Source: Bacillota bacterium (GTDB lineage: Bacteria; Bacillota; Clostridia; Saccharofermentanales; DTU023). From it: 64,000 nucleotides of DNA. The stretch spans positions 1,833-65,832 of the forward strand of contig JAEWER010000037.1 in the NCBI GenBank assembly GCA_023389255.1, given 5' to 3'. Positions 1 to 11,249 of this stretch are shown here, piece by piece (within the stretch, counting starts at the first letter, position 1; every line of letters starts with the position of its first letter). The position numbers were made by a program, and so were the translations under genes. The notes under the pieces were generated by a model that worked only from the letters and a program-made list of their open reading frames with translations, was not told where the DNA came from and searched no databases.

Positions 1-744
1 GTAGCTAGTATCAAAATAGCCGAGCTCTAAAGTGTTCTGTAATTTTTCTCGTTGCTTGATGATGTCAATCAAGGAGCGATAATTAGCGTTTAATGCTTGC
101 AATTTCTTTTCGTCACTTAGGCTTTGCAAGCTCGCTAACAATTGCTCAACACTGTCAATACGCCGTTTAATCCAGACACTCTCCGCATTAGTAGTCGGCT
201 GATGTTGCGCTAGGATCTTAATATATGCCTTAAACGTTGTCTCGTAATCACTAGTGATGTTTCGACACAATTGCTCGATTGCTGCATTAGCTAAAATTAC
301 ATGTCTTTCATCTTCCCTAGCGTAAATCGGACTAAAGTGATTGTTTAAAAGCTCGTACAAAATACCGCTACCGCCACTCCTAGTATTCAGGTGTTGTTTA
401 CGGTAGGTTTGCAAGATCTTTAGCTGCAGTTGCAGAAGTTGCATTGAACTAGGTGAACTATGGGGTGTGAACTCCCCTTTCATACTCTTAGCTTTTTGTT
501 GTTCTTTTTGCAGATAAGCTAAATTACTCTCTACATTCTTGATTTGCTCTTCGATGTCTTGATCGATTTCCGCAGTGCTTAAATCAGCGGTACTCACCAG
601 ATCGTTAAAGCTTTTCAGTGATATATAGCCGATGCCTGTGATTAAGCAGGTAAACAGCACCATTATGAGCAAAATGATCCACGTAACAGGACGCAGAATT
701 ATTTTGCGCATTTCGTTGCTGAGTAACGCACATCCCTTTTGCAT
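1..744 (-). CDS. ABC-transporter-associated membrane protein, N-terminal part only (gene runs off the window start)
   Basis: Absent from the ORF track because it is truncated by the window edge. My translation from the ATG at 744..742 reads MQKGCALLSNEMRKIILRPVTWIILLIMVLFTCLITGIGY..., one N-terminal TM helix followed by a long Q/L/E-rich helical region, and stays open to nt 1. Its ATG overlaps the TAA of the upstream ATPase gene (TAATG). Confidence 0.55.
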   Translation of the reverse strand, partial: MQKGCALLSNEMRKIILRPVTWIILLIMVLFTCLITGIGYISLKSFNDLVSTADLSTAEIDQDIEEQIKNVESNLAYLQKEQQKAKSMKGEFTPHSSPSSMQLLQLQLKILQTYRKQHLNTRSGGSGILYELLNNHFSPIYAREDERHVILANAAIEQLCRNITSDYETTFKAYIKILAQHQPTTNAESVWIKRRIDSVEQLLASLQSLSDEKKLQALNANYRSLIDIIKQREKLQNTLELGYFDTSY

Positions 745-1649
745 TACAGCTTTCTCCCTACAGTTTCTAGGAACAACTTTTCTAAGTTGTTTTGCTGATA
801 ATTGATGCGGAAAACAGCACAATCATTGTTGATCAAATGCTTGAGAATGCCAGGTATCTGTGTGGTTAGAGCTGAAAACTGCAAATCACCATCTACGATT
901 TGGCAATCAGTAAAATATTCAACCAATAATTTATGCGCTTTGCTCACTGGCTCTACTTCCATCACATAGTGGTTACGTTGTTGTTTATTTGCCGTGATAT
1001 TCTCAATCTTTTCGATAGCTACCAAGGTGCCTTGATCAATAATACCCACTCGATCACAAATCAATTGCATTTCACTGAGTAGGTGACTGGAAACGAAAAT
1101 AGCTTTCTTCTGTTCATGTGCCAGCTCTTTGAGAATATTACGCAATTCTTGAATACCTGCAGGATCTAAGCCATTGGTTGGCTCATCTAACATCAGTAGT
1201 TTGGGATCATGTAACAACGCCATCGCTAAGCCCAGACGTTGCTTCATACCTAAGGAGTATTTTTTTACTTTATCGTGGATGCGTGTTTCTAGGTGCATCA
1301 AGCGCACTACATAATCTATGCGCTCTGCGTCTACTCCCTGTAATTTTGCGTAAAAACGTAGATTATCCAAGGCAGAAAATTCTAAATACATATCAGGATT
1401 TTCTACAATGCCACCCACATTCGCCATCGCTTTTTCAAAATTTTCTTTCAGATCGATACCGCAAATGCGAATCGTACCAGAATCAGGGGTGAGAAATCCT
1501 AACACCATCTTGATGACTGTAGTTTTACCTGTCCCGTTGGGCCCTAAAAAACCAAAAACTTCTCCAGCATTAACTTGCAAACTTAAGTCTTTGATTACGT
1601 GGTGCTTACGAAAATGCTTGTTGATATGTTCTAATTCCAGGTAAACCAT
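744..1649 (-). CDS. ABC transporter ATP-binding protein (ABC-2/drug-exporter type)
   Basis: Walker A GPNGTGKTT, signature YSLGMKQRLGLA, Walker B LLMLDEPTNGLD. Confidence 0.9.
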   Translation of the reverse strand: MVYLELEHINKHFRKHHVIKDLSLQVNAGEVFGFLGPNGTGKTTVIKMVLGFLTPDSGTIRICGIDLKENFEKAMANVGGIVENPDMYLEFSALDNLRFYAKLQGVDAERIDYVVRLMHLETRIHDKVKKYSLGMKQRLGLAMALLHDPKLLMLDEPTNGLDPAGIQELRNILKELAHEQKKAIFVSSHLLSEMQLICDRVGIIDQGTLVAIEKIENITANKQQRNHYVMEVEPVSKAHKLLVEYFTDCQIVDGDLQFSALTTQIPGILKHLINNDCAVFRINYQQNNLEKLFLETVGRKL

Positions 1650-1651
1650 GA

Positions 1652-2176
1652 CTATCCCCTGCCTTTTTCAACAAAGCGCTCCCACATACTGGTTCCGAGC
1701 AGGCGAAAACCACGCTTAGTTTGCACAAAATAAAAATCACAAACTATATTGCTAGTGTCAACATTCTCGTAATGCCAGAGCATGCTACAACGAAAAGTAT
1801 AGTAATGTTGATGCTGTTCGATTAAGCTGAGATCTTTAATTTCGTATTTTGCTTGCAAAACTGCATTACTACTGAGAAGCGAACGGTATAGCGAGAATAA
1901 CCCCTCAGCTTGTCCATCTAACTGCGCCTGATCTGCTGTGTACCAATAGGGATATTGTTGTACGGCATGAGCGCAAAACTCTAAAGCTGCGCTCTCAGTC
2001 AACTGTTGTTCTTGCAAACTTCGTATGGTGCTATTGACCATATCAGCAAATTCTTCTGTTTGTGGCTCAATGATAGTGCTCAGATTTTCATAATGTTTAA
2101 TCTGGGCATACATATAAAAAAGCATACCCACTAGCACGACTAAGAAAAGAATTACTCCGCGATTAACTTTGCGCAT
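1652..2176 (-). CDS. Membrane-anchored hypothetical protein
   Basis: 174-aa ORF with one N-terminal TM helix (GVILFLVVLVGMLFYMYA). It is packed 2 nt from the ABC ATPase gene. I recognise no motif. Confidence 0.5.
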   Translation of the reverse strand: MRKVNRGVILFLVVLVGMLFYMYAQIKHYENLSTIIEPQTEEFADMVNSTIRSLQEQQLTESAALEFCAHAVQQYPYWYTADQAQLDGQAEGLFSLYRSLLSSNAVLQAKYEIKDLSLIEQHQHYYTFRCSMLWHYENVDTSNIVCDFYFVQTKRGFRLLGTSMWERFVEKGRG

Positions 2177-2203
2177 CTTAGTTCGTCCTCTAGTGGGTAC
2201 AAT

Positions 2204-3886
<1,683 letters not shown>

Positions 3887-3919
3887 TCAACTACTGACTT
3901 AATCCCGCTATAAAGTTAA

Positions 3920-3941
3920 AACGCCTAGGAAACTAGGCGTT
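3920..3941 (-). terminator. Intrinsic terminator downstream of infA
   Basis: Hairpin AACGCCTAG-nnnn-CTAGGCGTT lies 8 nt after the infA stop, followed on the minus strand by TTTAACTTTA. Confidence 0.6.
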
Positions 3942-3948
3942 GTATTTT

Positions 3949-4167
3949 CTATTTGGAGCGCCAAGTGATGCGACCTTTGCTTAAGTCGTAAGGCGATAGC
4001 TCGAGCGTCACATGGTCACCAGTCAAAATCTTGATGTAGTGTTGACGAAGCTTACCCGATAAGTGAGCAATAACTTCATGCCCGTTTTCTAGTTGTACAC
4101 GGAACAGGGTATTAGGTAGAGTATCAACAACTACGCCTTGAACCTCGATCAGATCTTCTCTTGCCAT
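3949..4167 (-). CDS. infA: Translation initiation factor IF-1
   Basis: 72 aa, [41 protein letters not shown]... ATG at 4165..4167 is preceded by AAGGAGAA. The 126-aa ORF in the track is an upstream over-extension. Confidence 0.95.
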   Translation of the reverse strand: MAREDLIEVQGVVVDTLPNTLFRVQLENGHEVIAHLSGKLRQHYIKILTGDHVTLELSPYDLSKGRITWRSK

Positions 4168-4198
4168 ATATTCTCCTTGATTACAAAATTCATTGCCT

Positions 4199-4206
4199 AT
4201 TTTACA
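4199..4206 (-). promoter_or_regulatory. Candidate extended -10 promoter for infA
   Basis: Minus strand reads TGTAAAAT (TGn + TAAAAT) about 32 nt upstream of the infA ATG and overlaps the stop codon of the upstream M29 gene. No good -35 element. Confidence 0.35.
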
Positions 4207-5314
4207 CCATGCTAATGGTTTGTTGTAGACAACCTTTGCTAAGTAAATCAATTTGTAAATCTGGTGTACCAAAACAGATATCAAGATGCAGATCGCTTTG
4301 GTTATAAAACTGCGATAATTCAGCTTCACTTTTACCTTGCAGGCAAGGAGTATATGTTAAGGGATAGCTAGCTCCTAAGGCAAAATGACAACCCGCATTT
4401 TCATCGAGTAAGGTATCGTAGTAAACACGCTTAATACGCTGAGCTAAAACTATAGCTATTTCACCTAAATATGCTCTATCCAGACGATCAGCCAACAAGT
4501 TATTCAAAGGTACATAATCGCTTTCAGCTTTTCCCGCCTTAAAAGATAAATTGCAAGGTGCAAATTCTGCTCCTGCGTAACAGAAAGGTCTTTGCGTCAA
4601 AACGTTACCTTCTACCCCATATTTAAGTGGTGCCGTAAAACATTCAAAAGTAGGGAAATTAGGTAAATATTTACGTCTCTCTACACCTTGGCAAATTTGT
4701 CTACCACCAATAAACGGAGCATTGGCAGGTAGCTGAACTCGCAAATCACAAGTACTACTTCTAAAGTGCAAACTATCGATTGTACTTTGATTTAAGCAAC
4801 GCACTAGCGCTTCGATTTTTGCTAGGTCAGATTGATAGTTACGAGTTATTTCACCTAATTCAGCCGCTAATTCCACTTCGCTAAGTTTTAGTTTATTCGC
4901 CCAGGCTTTACTAGCAATTACCGCCGAACAACTCACCACTTTACCTGCTTGGGTTAATTTCTTGAATGGTTTCAGCGCATCTATAAAAGCAAGATAGACT
5001 AGTTCCGATAGCTGTCTTAAGCAACTTTGATTCAATTTAAGAAAGCAAACTCCTTGCCTATGATAAGCACAGAGTTTTGTTGCTAATTTTCCAACGCTAG
5101 CTAGCTTTCCTGTCGACTTAAATTCGGTTTCTAACTCTTCTATTATCAGAGTATCTACGTATGGTCTATTTCCTGAAATAGCAGTAGCCTGACTAACAAG
5201 TTCATTTATATCTAACCCATCAACACACAAAATGTGGAGCTGATCTCCCTTGATCAGCCCCACGCCTAAAGTCAGTAACTTATGTAAATAATCACTATAA
5301 CTATTGCAAACCAT
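4202..5314 (-). CDS. M29-family (AmpS/AmpT/PepS-like) aminopeptidase
   Basis: Family-like motifs [32 protein letters not shown] and [10 protein letters not shown]. The N-terminus [22 protein letters not shown] fits the family when starting at the ATG at 5314 (370 aa). That start overlaps the upstream gene by 14 nt. Confidence 0.6.
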   Translation of the reverse strand: MVCNSYSDYLHKLLTLGVGLIKGDQLHILCVDGLDINELVSQATAISGNRPYVDTLIIEELETEFKSTGKLASVGKLATKLCAYHRQGVCFLKLNQSCLRQLSELVYLAFIDALKPFKKLTQAGKVVSCSAVIASKAWANKLKLSEVELAAELGEITRNYQSDLAKIEALVRCLNQSTIDSLHFRSSTCDLRVQLPANAPFIGGRQICQGVERRKYLPNFPTFECFTAPLKYGVEGNVLTQRPFCYAGAEFAPCNLSFKAGKAESDYVPLNNLLADRLDRAYLGEIAIVLAQRIKRVYYDTLLDENAGCHFALGASYPLTYTPCLQGKSEAELSQFYNQSDLHLDICFGTPDLQIDLLSKGCLQQTISMV

Positions 5315-6017
5315 ATTCTTTGACCGCTTGATCAATTGCCTGTCTACACTTTGCATAACCAGCTGCAATGCCATCTGGATCTTTGAAGAGAGCAGATGAC
5401 AAAACTACAACATCAGGATTAGTCTCTATCAATGGCGCAATATTATCGTGTCTGATGCCACCATCAATTGATAGCTCACACCTAGGATTACATTCATCAA
5501 TCAATTTTCTCGCTCGTTTCAGCAGATGCACGACTGATCTACGCCAACCCCAATTGTCAGCGCCATCTGTTTCATCGACACCATGAGTGACTACGTGTAG
5601 ACGATCGATATCGTAAATCGACTCTTCGACGAAAGACAAAGGTGTATAGCAACCAATGGTGAGTCCAATTTTTAAGCCACGCTCACGACACCAGTTGATA
5701 ATATATGCCAGCGGTGCACCAATGAAATGTTCAGCTGGAATTATTAACATATTGGCTCCTGCCTTGGCGATTTGATCAATGAACATTACATCCATTGAGC
5801 GTGTGTAAATGTGACATTCAATCGGCTTGTCAGTTACAGGGCGAATACCATCAATAATCTGATAACCACCCATCAGCTTCATATTTTGTAAATCATGCAT
5901 GTCGGCGGCATCTGAATGTACGTAATCAACGCCCGCTTCCACAGCTTGTCTTACTACTTCAGCAATATTGCCATAGTTTACATGTGCTAAACCGGCAGCA
6001 ATTTTAATGTGTTTCAT
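5301..6017 (-). CDS. Ribulose-phosphate 3-epimerase family protein (Rpe/AlsE-like, diverged)
   Basis: Aligns by eye to Rpe: GVDYVHSDAAD (cf. VHFDVMD), IECHIY (cf. IDVHLM), LSIDGGI (cf. LEVDGGV), VLSSALF. ATG at 6017 is preceded by GGGAGGAG. Confidence 0.7.
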   Translation of the reverse strand: MKHIKIAAGLAHVNYGNIAEVVRQAVEAGVDYVHSDAADMHDLQNMKLMGGYQIIDGIRPVTDKPIECHIYTRSMDVMFIDQIAKAGANMLIIPAEHFIGAPLAYIINWCRERGLKIGLTIGCYTPLSFVEESIYDIDRLHVVTHGVDETDGADNWGWRRSVVHLLKRARKLIDECNPRCELSIDGGIRHDNIAPLIETNPDVVVLSSALFKDPDGIAAGYAKCRQAIDQAVKEYGLQ

Positions 6018-6038
6018 AATTTCTCCTCCCAATATGAC

Positions 6039-7673
6039 TTAAGCTAAATTCAGGCGCTCTCGCATGGTGGTAGCAATTTGCCCAACCTGCACGCCATAGA
6101 TAATTTGAAAATTTTTATCTCCTCTCAGCACGCCCTTAGCCTCAAGATGCTCTAGCCAATATTCGGTATCTGCAACTTTTGTGCCGTCAAACACTGTCAC
6201 TCGCAATCTGGTAGCACAGTTACCCACTGCTTCAATATTTTCGCTACCACCAAAGGCAGAAATAATGCGCTCTACTAAATCAGCGGTATCGCTGCTAGTA
6301 GCGCTAGACTTTTCGCTTTTAGCCTGTGCATTTTCAGCTTGCTGGTTGCGATAATCTTGCTTGCTAAACAGCTTGATCTCTGCTTGCTTTTGCTTTCTTC
6401 TACCAGGAGTGGGCAAATCAAAGCGCTTAATTACAAAGCTAAAGACAAAGTAGTACAGCGCAAAGGTTAAAGGCAACAACCACAGCGCATGGATGGCATG
6501 CACTTTATGCGGTTGCGCTAAGTTAGGGATCATGAACAGTAAAGCCGTTCCGTTAATAGATATCTGGAAAAACTCAGCTAGCACATACATCAAACCACAG
6601 AGCGGAGCATAAACTAACCAATACAAAGCAGGTGCTACAAATAAGAAAGTGTATTCAATCGGTTCAGAAATACCGACCAGAGCGAGTGTAAACACTGCAG
6701 GGATCAGAATTGAGGCAACACGCTTCTTGTTTTCGGGTAAGGCTAACTTATACATTGCGAGAGCTGCTCCAGGCAAGCCTGCTAATTGGAAGAGCAATCT
6801 ACCATTAGTAAAATTGCGCACAATATAACCAGTAGCTGTAGCACTAGCCGCTTGTCCATTGATGATGTTTTTAACTCCTTCATACACTACCCCATCAATA
6901 TTCATGGTACCTCCAACCGCTGAATATTCAATTGGGAAAGCGATTAAGTGATGAATACCAAAAGGCAATAACGCCTTATCGAGCGTCCCGAAAACAAAAG
7001 TACCAAAAAGTCCCGAAACACCAATAAAGTGTGTCAAGCTCTGTAACAGATAGGCTAGCAAAGGCCAGAGATAATAAAAGATATAGCCCAAAACCACCGC
7101 ACTGAATGTAACGTTGATAATCACCCAACGCACACCACCAAAGAAAGCAAAAGTATTAGCAAAGCTCTTATCTACCAAGCGGTTGTGTATTAAAGCTGCT
7201 ACCACACCAGAGATCAGGCCTGAAAAGATTCCCATGTTGTAGGTAAAAATGCCCGCCACAGATGTAAACATACTACTGAAATTAAGAGCCGCTTCCTTCG
7301 CCATACCACTAGCTATTAATGCATCCGCTGTTGTTGTTTCAGCGGTATAACCATGAGCTTTCGCTAAGGTTTGCAAACAGACATTAAAAGTGAAAAATAA
7401 GACTACACCAGCAAAAGCTGCCCATCCTTTTTCTTTTTTAGCTAAAGTAAAAGCCACACCTACTGCAAACCAAATCGGCAGATAGTTCATGAAAAGAAAA
7501 CCCATATTGACAAACATGCCAAATAAAGGTTGAAGCCATGAATTCTCTGGTAATAAATAATTGTTGACTGCAGAGCCAATACCGACATAAAAACCGACTA
7601 ACACAAAAAGAATGATGGGAACCATCATAGCGCCAGCAAAGCTCTGCACTTTTTCTTGAAAGCGCTTAAACAT
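6039..7673 (-). CDS. PTS sugar transporter, EIIC-EIIB fusion (glucose/maltose family)
   Basis: A polytopic membrane domain of roughly 430 aa is followed by a Q/S-rich linker and the EIIB(Glc) cysteine motif GNCATRLRVTV. No EIIA domain. Confidence 0.85.
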   Translation of the reverse strand: MFKRFQEKVQSFAGAMMVPIILFVLVGFYVGIGSAVNNYLLPENSWLQPLFGMFVNMGFLFMNYLPIWFAVGVAFTLAKKEKGWAAFAGVVLFFTFNVCLQTLAKAHGYTAETTTADALIASGMAKEAALNFSSMFTSVAGIFTYNMGIFSGLISGVVAALIHNRLVDKSFANTFAFFGGVRWVIINVTFSAVVLGYIFYYLWPLLAYLLQSLTHFIGVSGLFGTFVFGTLDKALLPFGIHHLIAFPIEYSAVGGTMNIDGVVYEGVKNIINGQAASATATGYIVRNFTNGRLLFQLAGLPGAALAMYKLALPENKKRVASILIPAVFTLALVGISEPIEYTFLFVAPALYWLVYAPLCGLMYVLAEFFQISINGTALLFMIPNLAQPHKVHAIHALWLLPLTFALYYFVFSFVIKRFDLPTPGRRKQKQAEIKLFSKQDYRNQQAENAQAKSEKSSATSSDTADLVERIISAFGGSENIEAVGNCATRLRVTVFDGTKVADTEYWLEHLEAKGVLRGDKNFQIIYGVQVGQIATTMRERLNLA

Positions 7674-7700
7674 ACAGCCTCCTCGTTTTTCTTTAACTAT

Positions 7701-7715
7701 AGGAAGACGCTTCCT
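7701..7715. promoter_or_regulatory. Perfect 6-3-6 palindrome in the divergent regulator/PTS intergenic region
   Basis: AGGAAGACGCTTCCT lies 28 nt upstream of the PTS start codon. It is a candidate operator or leader hairpin, and no U-tract follows it. Confidence 0.3.
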
Positions 7716-7766
7716 GTCTCTTTGTCGTTTTTTGCACTTTTAATAGTGAAGATTTAGTCTGTATCT

Positions 7767-9194
7767 ATGCAAAAGATTGTCTACCGTGCTTTAGAATTTT
7801 TAGCCTTACATCGAGAAGAGTTCACTTTGCCAGAGGTGGCAGATCATTGTGAGCGGAGCTTACGAACTCTACACCACTACTTGCCAGAAATAAAAGCAAT
7901 ACTTGCCAATTTAGATATTGAATTAGTACTGGTGCAGGGACATCAAAGTTTTTTACGAGCAACACCTATACAAGTACAAGCTTTATTTGATTTTCTTGCC
8001 AAAGAGAAGCGTGCCAGCAAGGGCACTTCCTTATTTGCCCAAAGACAAGTTAGACTCTGCTACATCTTGCATCGCTTATTAGTCTTAAATCAGCCTATTA
8101 CCAGCAAGGCATTAAGCCAAACCTTGTTGATCTCTAACTCTCAACTACAACAGGACTTAAAAGTGCTAGAACGCCAGCTAATAACCTATGATATTCAGCT
8201 ACTGCGTGATAAATGGCATCGCCTTCGTCTCGAAACAGGAGAAAAACGTACACGAGTAGCTATTTTAGATCTATTGCTGCCGTGGGCAAACGAACACTAT
8301 TTTGGAGACTATCTGCTTTTGCAATGGCAAAGCGATGTTCACTTGCAATACCTAGTCGAGCAATTTTTACACAAGTCATTGCTCAGCTGTGGCTTGGCAG
8401 CACCACTAAAGCAGCAACGCATCGTAGATCTGATCTTAATTTCACTCTACCGCTTAAAACAGGGAAAAATGGTTAAACTTGCACCTAGAACACAACATTT
8501 ATTAGACGACGATTTACTGAAAGCTCTCAAGCAGAGTAGTTCTACCCTAGAGCATGAACTCAAGCTATACATTCCTAAACAAGAATTAATCTATTGGTCT
8601 GCTTTTATCAAGGGACACAATTTTTACCACTCCACTCCCGACACTTACAGCAGTGTACAGTTAAACTGCTTCAACCACATCTACAATCTTTTAGCAGAAA
8701 TTAAACCAGAATTACTCCCAAGGCTCTCTACTGGCTTACTACCTTTTTTAGCAGAAATCAGCCATAGACATAATTTTGATCAGGTCTATCACTTCGATAG
8801 CAACAGCAACAGCCGATTGCTCTTACAAGAAAATGAGATAATAATCCAAAAATTGAATGATCAAATAAAACAAGATCTGGCAATCTCGCTACCCACTAGT
8901 TATCAGGAAAAATTAGCCGTAATTATAGCGACACTAGCCCTACCGAATAAAAACAAACTCAAATTGAAAATATATCGTCAGCTAGAAACAGTAATCTGTG
9001 ATTATAATTTGGCTCTCATCTCACAACTTTATGCTGACTGGCAGGAAGTTAAAACAGAAGATCAAGCCGATGCTGTAATATGTTTTGGCAATCAGCAAAC
9101 AAACGTAGAGAATAAACCTTGTTTTGTGATAAACAGTGTTCTTTCTCATAAACAAGCTAAACAGCTTGCTCTAAAGCTACTAGATTTACTCTAA
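7767..9194 (+). CDS. PTS-operon transcriptional regulator (HTH + Mga/PRD-like helical region + C-terminal EIIB-like segment)
   Basis: Two N-terminal wHTH-like segments (FTLPEVADHCERSLRTLHHYL; ITSKALSQTLLISNSQLQQDLKVLE). The gene is divergent from the PTS gene. Domain assignment is by resemblance only. Confidence 0.55.
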   Translation: MQKIVYRALEFLALHREEFTLPEVADHCERSLRTLHHYLPEIKAILANLDIELVLVQGHQSFLRATPIQVQALFDFLAKEKRASKGTSLFAQRQVRLCYILHRLLVLNQPITSKALSQTLLISNSQLQQDLKVLERQLITYDIQLLRDKWHRLRLETGEKRTRVAILDLLLPWANEHYFGDYLLLQWQSDVHLQYLVEQFLHKSLLSCGLAAPLKQQRIVDLILISLYRLKQGKMVKLAPRTQHLLDDDLLKALKQSSSTLEHELKLYIPKQELIYWSAFIKGHNFYHSTPDTYSSVQLNCFNHIYNLLAEIKPELLPRLSTGLLPFLAEISHRHNFDQVYHFDSNSNSRLLLQENEIIIQKLNDQIKQDLAISLPTSYQEKLAVIIATLALPNKNKLKLKIYRQLETVICDYNLALISQLYADWQEVKTEDQADAVICFGNQQTNVENKPCFVINSVLSHKQAKQLALKLLDLL

Positions 9195-9215
9195 AACTAG
9201 CTGCGCTACTCTGAA

Positions 9216-9656
9216 CTATCTGAGTTGCTCCAAAGCTCGACGAATTTCACTATCTAGATAACTCTTTGGTGCAGATTTAGGTAGTTTAGTACGCTTTTTC
9301 TTTGCTTCTCTCTGCCAGGTAAAGCTAGTATCCTTTTGGCATAACTCAGCAAAATCAGTACGCAACTGCTCGACTTGCTCAAGGCTATAGAGTGGCTGAA
9401 TTGGTCTGATATGCTTGAGTGATTTTAATTTAGCGTTAGCTAAGGGATGATGTTCTCCATCCACCAACCATACTCCATATAGATCATCTGCACGCTCAAC
9501 TAAATCGATTACCAAGTAGTAACGACCTTTATCGTGGCCAGCGATTGCTTGCACAGCAATACCCACTAAACTCGTACAACCTTGCAACGCTTCTCTTTCA
9601 ACTCGATTGCATTTTTGACGTATCGGCAACTTCATGTTCAGTTTGCTTATCCTCAA
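9216..9656 (-). CDS. KOW-domain RNA-binding protein (the map-infA-associated type)
   Basis: Core GIAVQAIAGHDKGRYYLVIDLV...VWLVDGEHHPLANAKLKSLKHIRP and its position directly after map. Start is uncertain: TTG at 9656 or ATG at 9635. Confidence 0.6.
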   Translation of the reverse strand: MRISKLNMKLPIRQKCNRVEREALQGCTSLVGIAVQAIAGHDKGRYYLVIDLVERADDLYGVWLVDGEHHPLANAKLKSLKHIRPIQPLYSLEQVEQLRTDFAELCQKDTSFTWQREAKKKRTKLPKSAPKSYLDSEIRRALEQLR

Positions 9657-9663
9657 TAGCTAC

Positions 9664-10473
9664 TTACTCTTTGCTCTGATAAGCATATTCTGGATGTGCC
9701 AGCGCTTCAGCTTTGGTTAACGATAAAACTTTAGGACCTGCAGGTGTTACTACAAAACAATTTTCGTAGTGAGCAGCTGGGCTACCATCCAAAGTGACAA
9801 TGGTCCACTCGTCGCTTTCTATACCAATACGGTAATCACCCAAGGTAACCATAGGTTCTAAACACAGGGTCATACCAGCTTCCAAGCGTAAACCTCTACC
9901 AGGATTACCATAATTGAGTAGTTCTGGGCCCTCATGTAGATTGCGACCCAGTCCATGACCACTCATTTCTCGCACAATGCCAAAACCATGCTTTTCACAA
10001 TGAACTTGCACAGCATGAGAGATATCGCCAATGCGCTTACCCAAGACAGCTTGCTCTAATCCTAGCCAAAATGACTCTTCGGTAACTCTAACTAGTTCCC
10101 TAACTCGTGCATCTACTTCTCCCACACAAAAAGTACGACAAGCATCTGCCATGTACAGATCTAGCTCGCACCCCACATCGACCGACACAATATCTCCAGA
10201 CTGAATAATACGATCTTTACGGGGAATGCCATGCACTACTTCATCGTTAACAGAAACACATGCTGAACCAGGAAACGGTGGTGTACCATAGTTGAGAAAA
10301 TTAGGTTTTGCACCGTGTTCCGCAATAATCTTGAACACCAAATCGTCGATATCCTTAGTGGAAATTCCAGGGCGAATGAAATTTTCGCAGGCTTCAAAAA
10401 TGCGTGCCACAACTTGGTTTGCACGATACATTAGTTCTACTTCGTGTTCGCTTTTAATGAAAATTTTATCCAT
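9664..10473 (-). CDS. map: Methionine aminopeptidase, type I
   Basis: 269 aa with the pita-bread motifs DVGCELDLYMADACRT, SGHGLGRNLHEGP and LEPMV. Confidence 0.95.
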   Translation of the reverse strand: MDKIFIKSEHEVELMYRANQVVARIFEACENFIRPGISTKDIDDLVFKIIAEHGAKPNFLNYGTPPFPGSACVSVNDEVVHGIPRKDRIIQSGDIVSVDVGCELDLYMADACRTFCVGEVDARVRELVRVTEESFWLGLEQAVLGKRIGDISHAVQVHCEKHGFGIVREMSGHGLGRNLHEGPELLNYGNPGRGLRLEAGMTLCLEPMVTLGDYRIGIESDEWTIVTLDGSPAAHYENCFVVTPAGPKVLSLTKAEALAHPEYAYQSKE

Positions 10474-10488
10474 AGTGCTTATTGTTAT

Positions 10489-11130
10489 CTATTCCTCTGC
10501 TAATTCTGCCAAAGCACAAGCTAAAACTTCTTCTGGGCTTTGCATGGAGTCAATGCTGATTAGCTGATTATCTGTGCGATAGTAGTCAATCACCGGTTCT
10601 GTTTGGCGATAATAAACTTTCAAACGTTTCTTGATAGTTTCGGGCTTATCGTCATCTCTTTGCACCAAGCGAGTACCACAAATATCGCAAATACCAGCAA
10701 CTTTAGGAGGCTTGATCAAGAGGTTATAACTCGCACCACATTCGGGACAAACCCAACGATTAGAGATGCGTTCAACGATAATATCCTCATCGACACTCAG
10801 CGCTATAGTATGCGTTACTTTGCGCCCTAAGCGATCCATCATCACATGTAGCTCTTTGGCTTGTTCCAAGTTGCGCGGATAGCCGTCTAAGATAAAGCCC
10901 TTCTCGGCTTGTTTCAGACGCTCAAAGAGCATCTGATCTGTAATCTCATTAGGCACCAATTTGCCTTGATCAATGTACTTCTTAGCTTCTATGCCTAAGG
11001 GTGTTTGTTCACTGATGTTCTTACGAAACAAATCGCCGGTTGAGATGTGCTCCAAATCTAATTTGGTCAGCAGATTTTTCGCCAGTGTGCCTTTACCTGA
11101 GCCAGGCGCACCTAACAACACGATATTCAT
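10489..11130 (-). CDS. adk: Adenylate kinase (zinc-lid type)
   Basis: P-loop GAPGSGKGT, and lid CPECGASY...CDICG. Confidence 0.97.
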   Translation of the reverse strand: MNIVLLGAPGSGKGTLAKNLLTKLDLEHISTGDLFRKNISEQTPLGIEAKKYIDQGKLVPNEITDQMLFERLKQAEKGFILDGYPRNLEQAKELHVMMDRLGRKVTHTIALSVDEDIIVERISNRWVCPECGASYNLLIKPPKVAGICDICGTRLVQRDDDKPETIKKRLKVYYRQTEPVIDYYRTDNQLISIDSMQSPEEVLACALAELAEE

Positions 11131-11162
11131 AAACTTCCTCGATGTGTGGAGATATACAATTT

Positions 11163-11168
11163 AGTATA
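11163..11168 (-). promoter_or_regulatory. Candidate -10 element (TATACT) for adk-map
   Basis: TATACT on the minus strand lies 32 nt upstream of the adk ATG and just downstream of the giant-gene terminator. Only weak -35 candidates are present (TAGACT at 19-nt spacing). Confidence 0.3.
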
Positions 11169-11198
11169 ACGCAAAGCAGGCGCAAAAAGTCTAGCCAT

Positions 11199-11229
11199 AA
11201 AAAAAGGCGTTGCTCTTAAGAGCAACGCC
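11199..11229 (-). terminator. Intrinsic terminator of the giant surface-protein gene
   Basis: GGCGTTGCTC-TTAA-GAGCAACGCC (10-bp stem) followed by T7 on the minus strand, 20 nt after the stop codon. Confidence 0.85.
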
Positions 11230-11249
11230 TAGAACAGCTATATTTTCGC

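Noticed and set aside
4168-4329. N-terminal 54-aa extension of the infA ORF in the track (126 aa)
   Set aside because: The extension overlaps the 3' end of the M29 gene. The conserved 72-aa IF-1 begins at the SD-preceded ATG at 4167.
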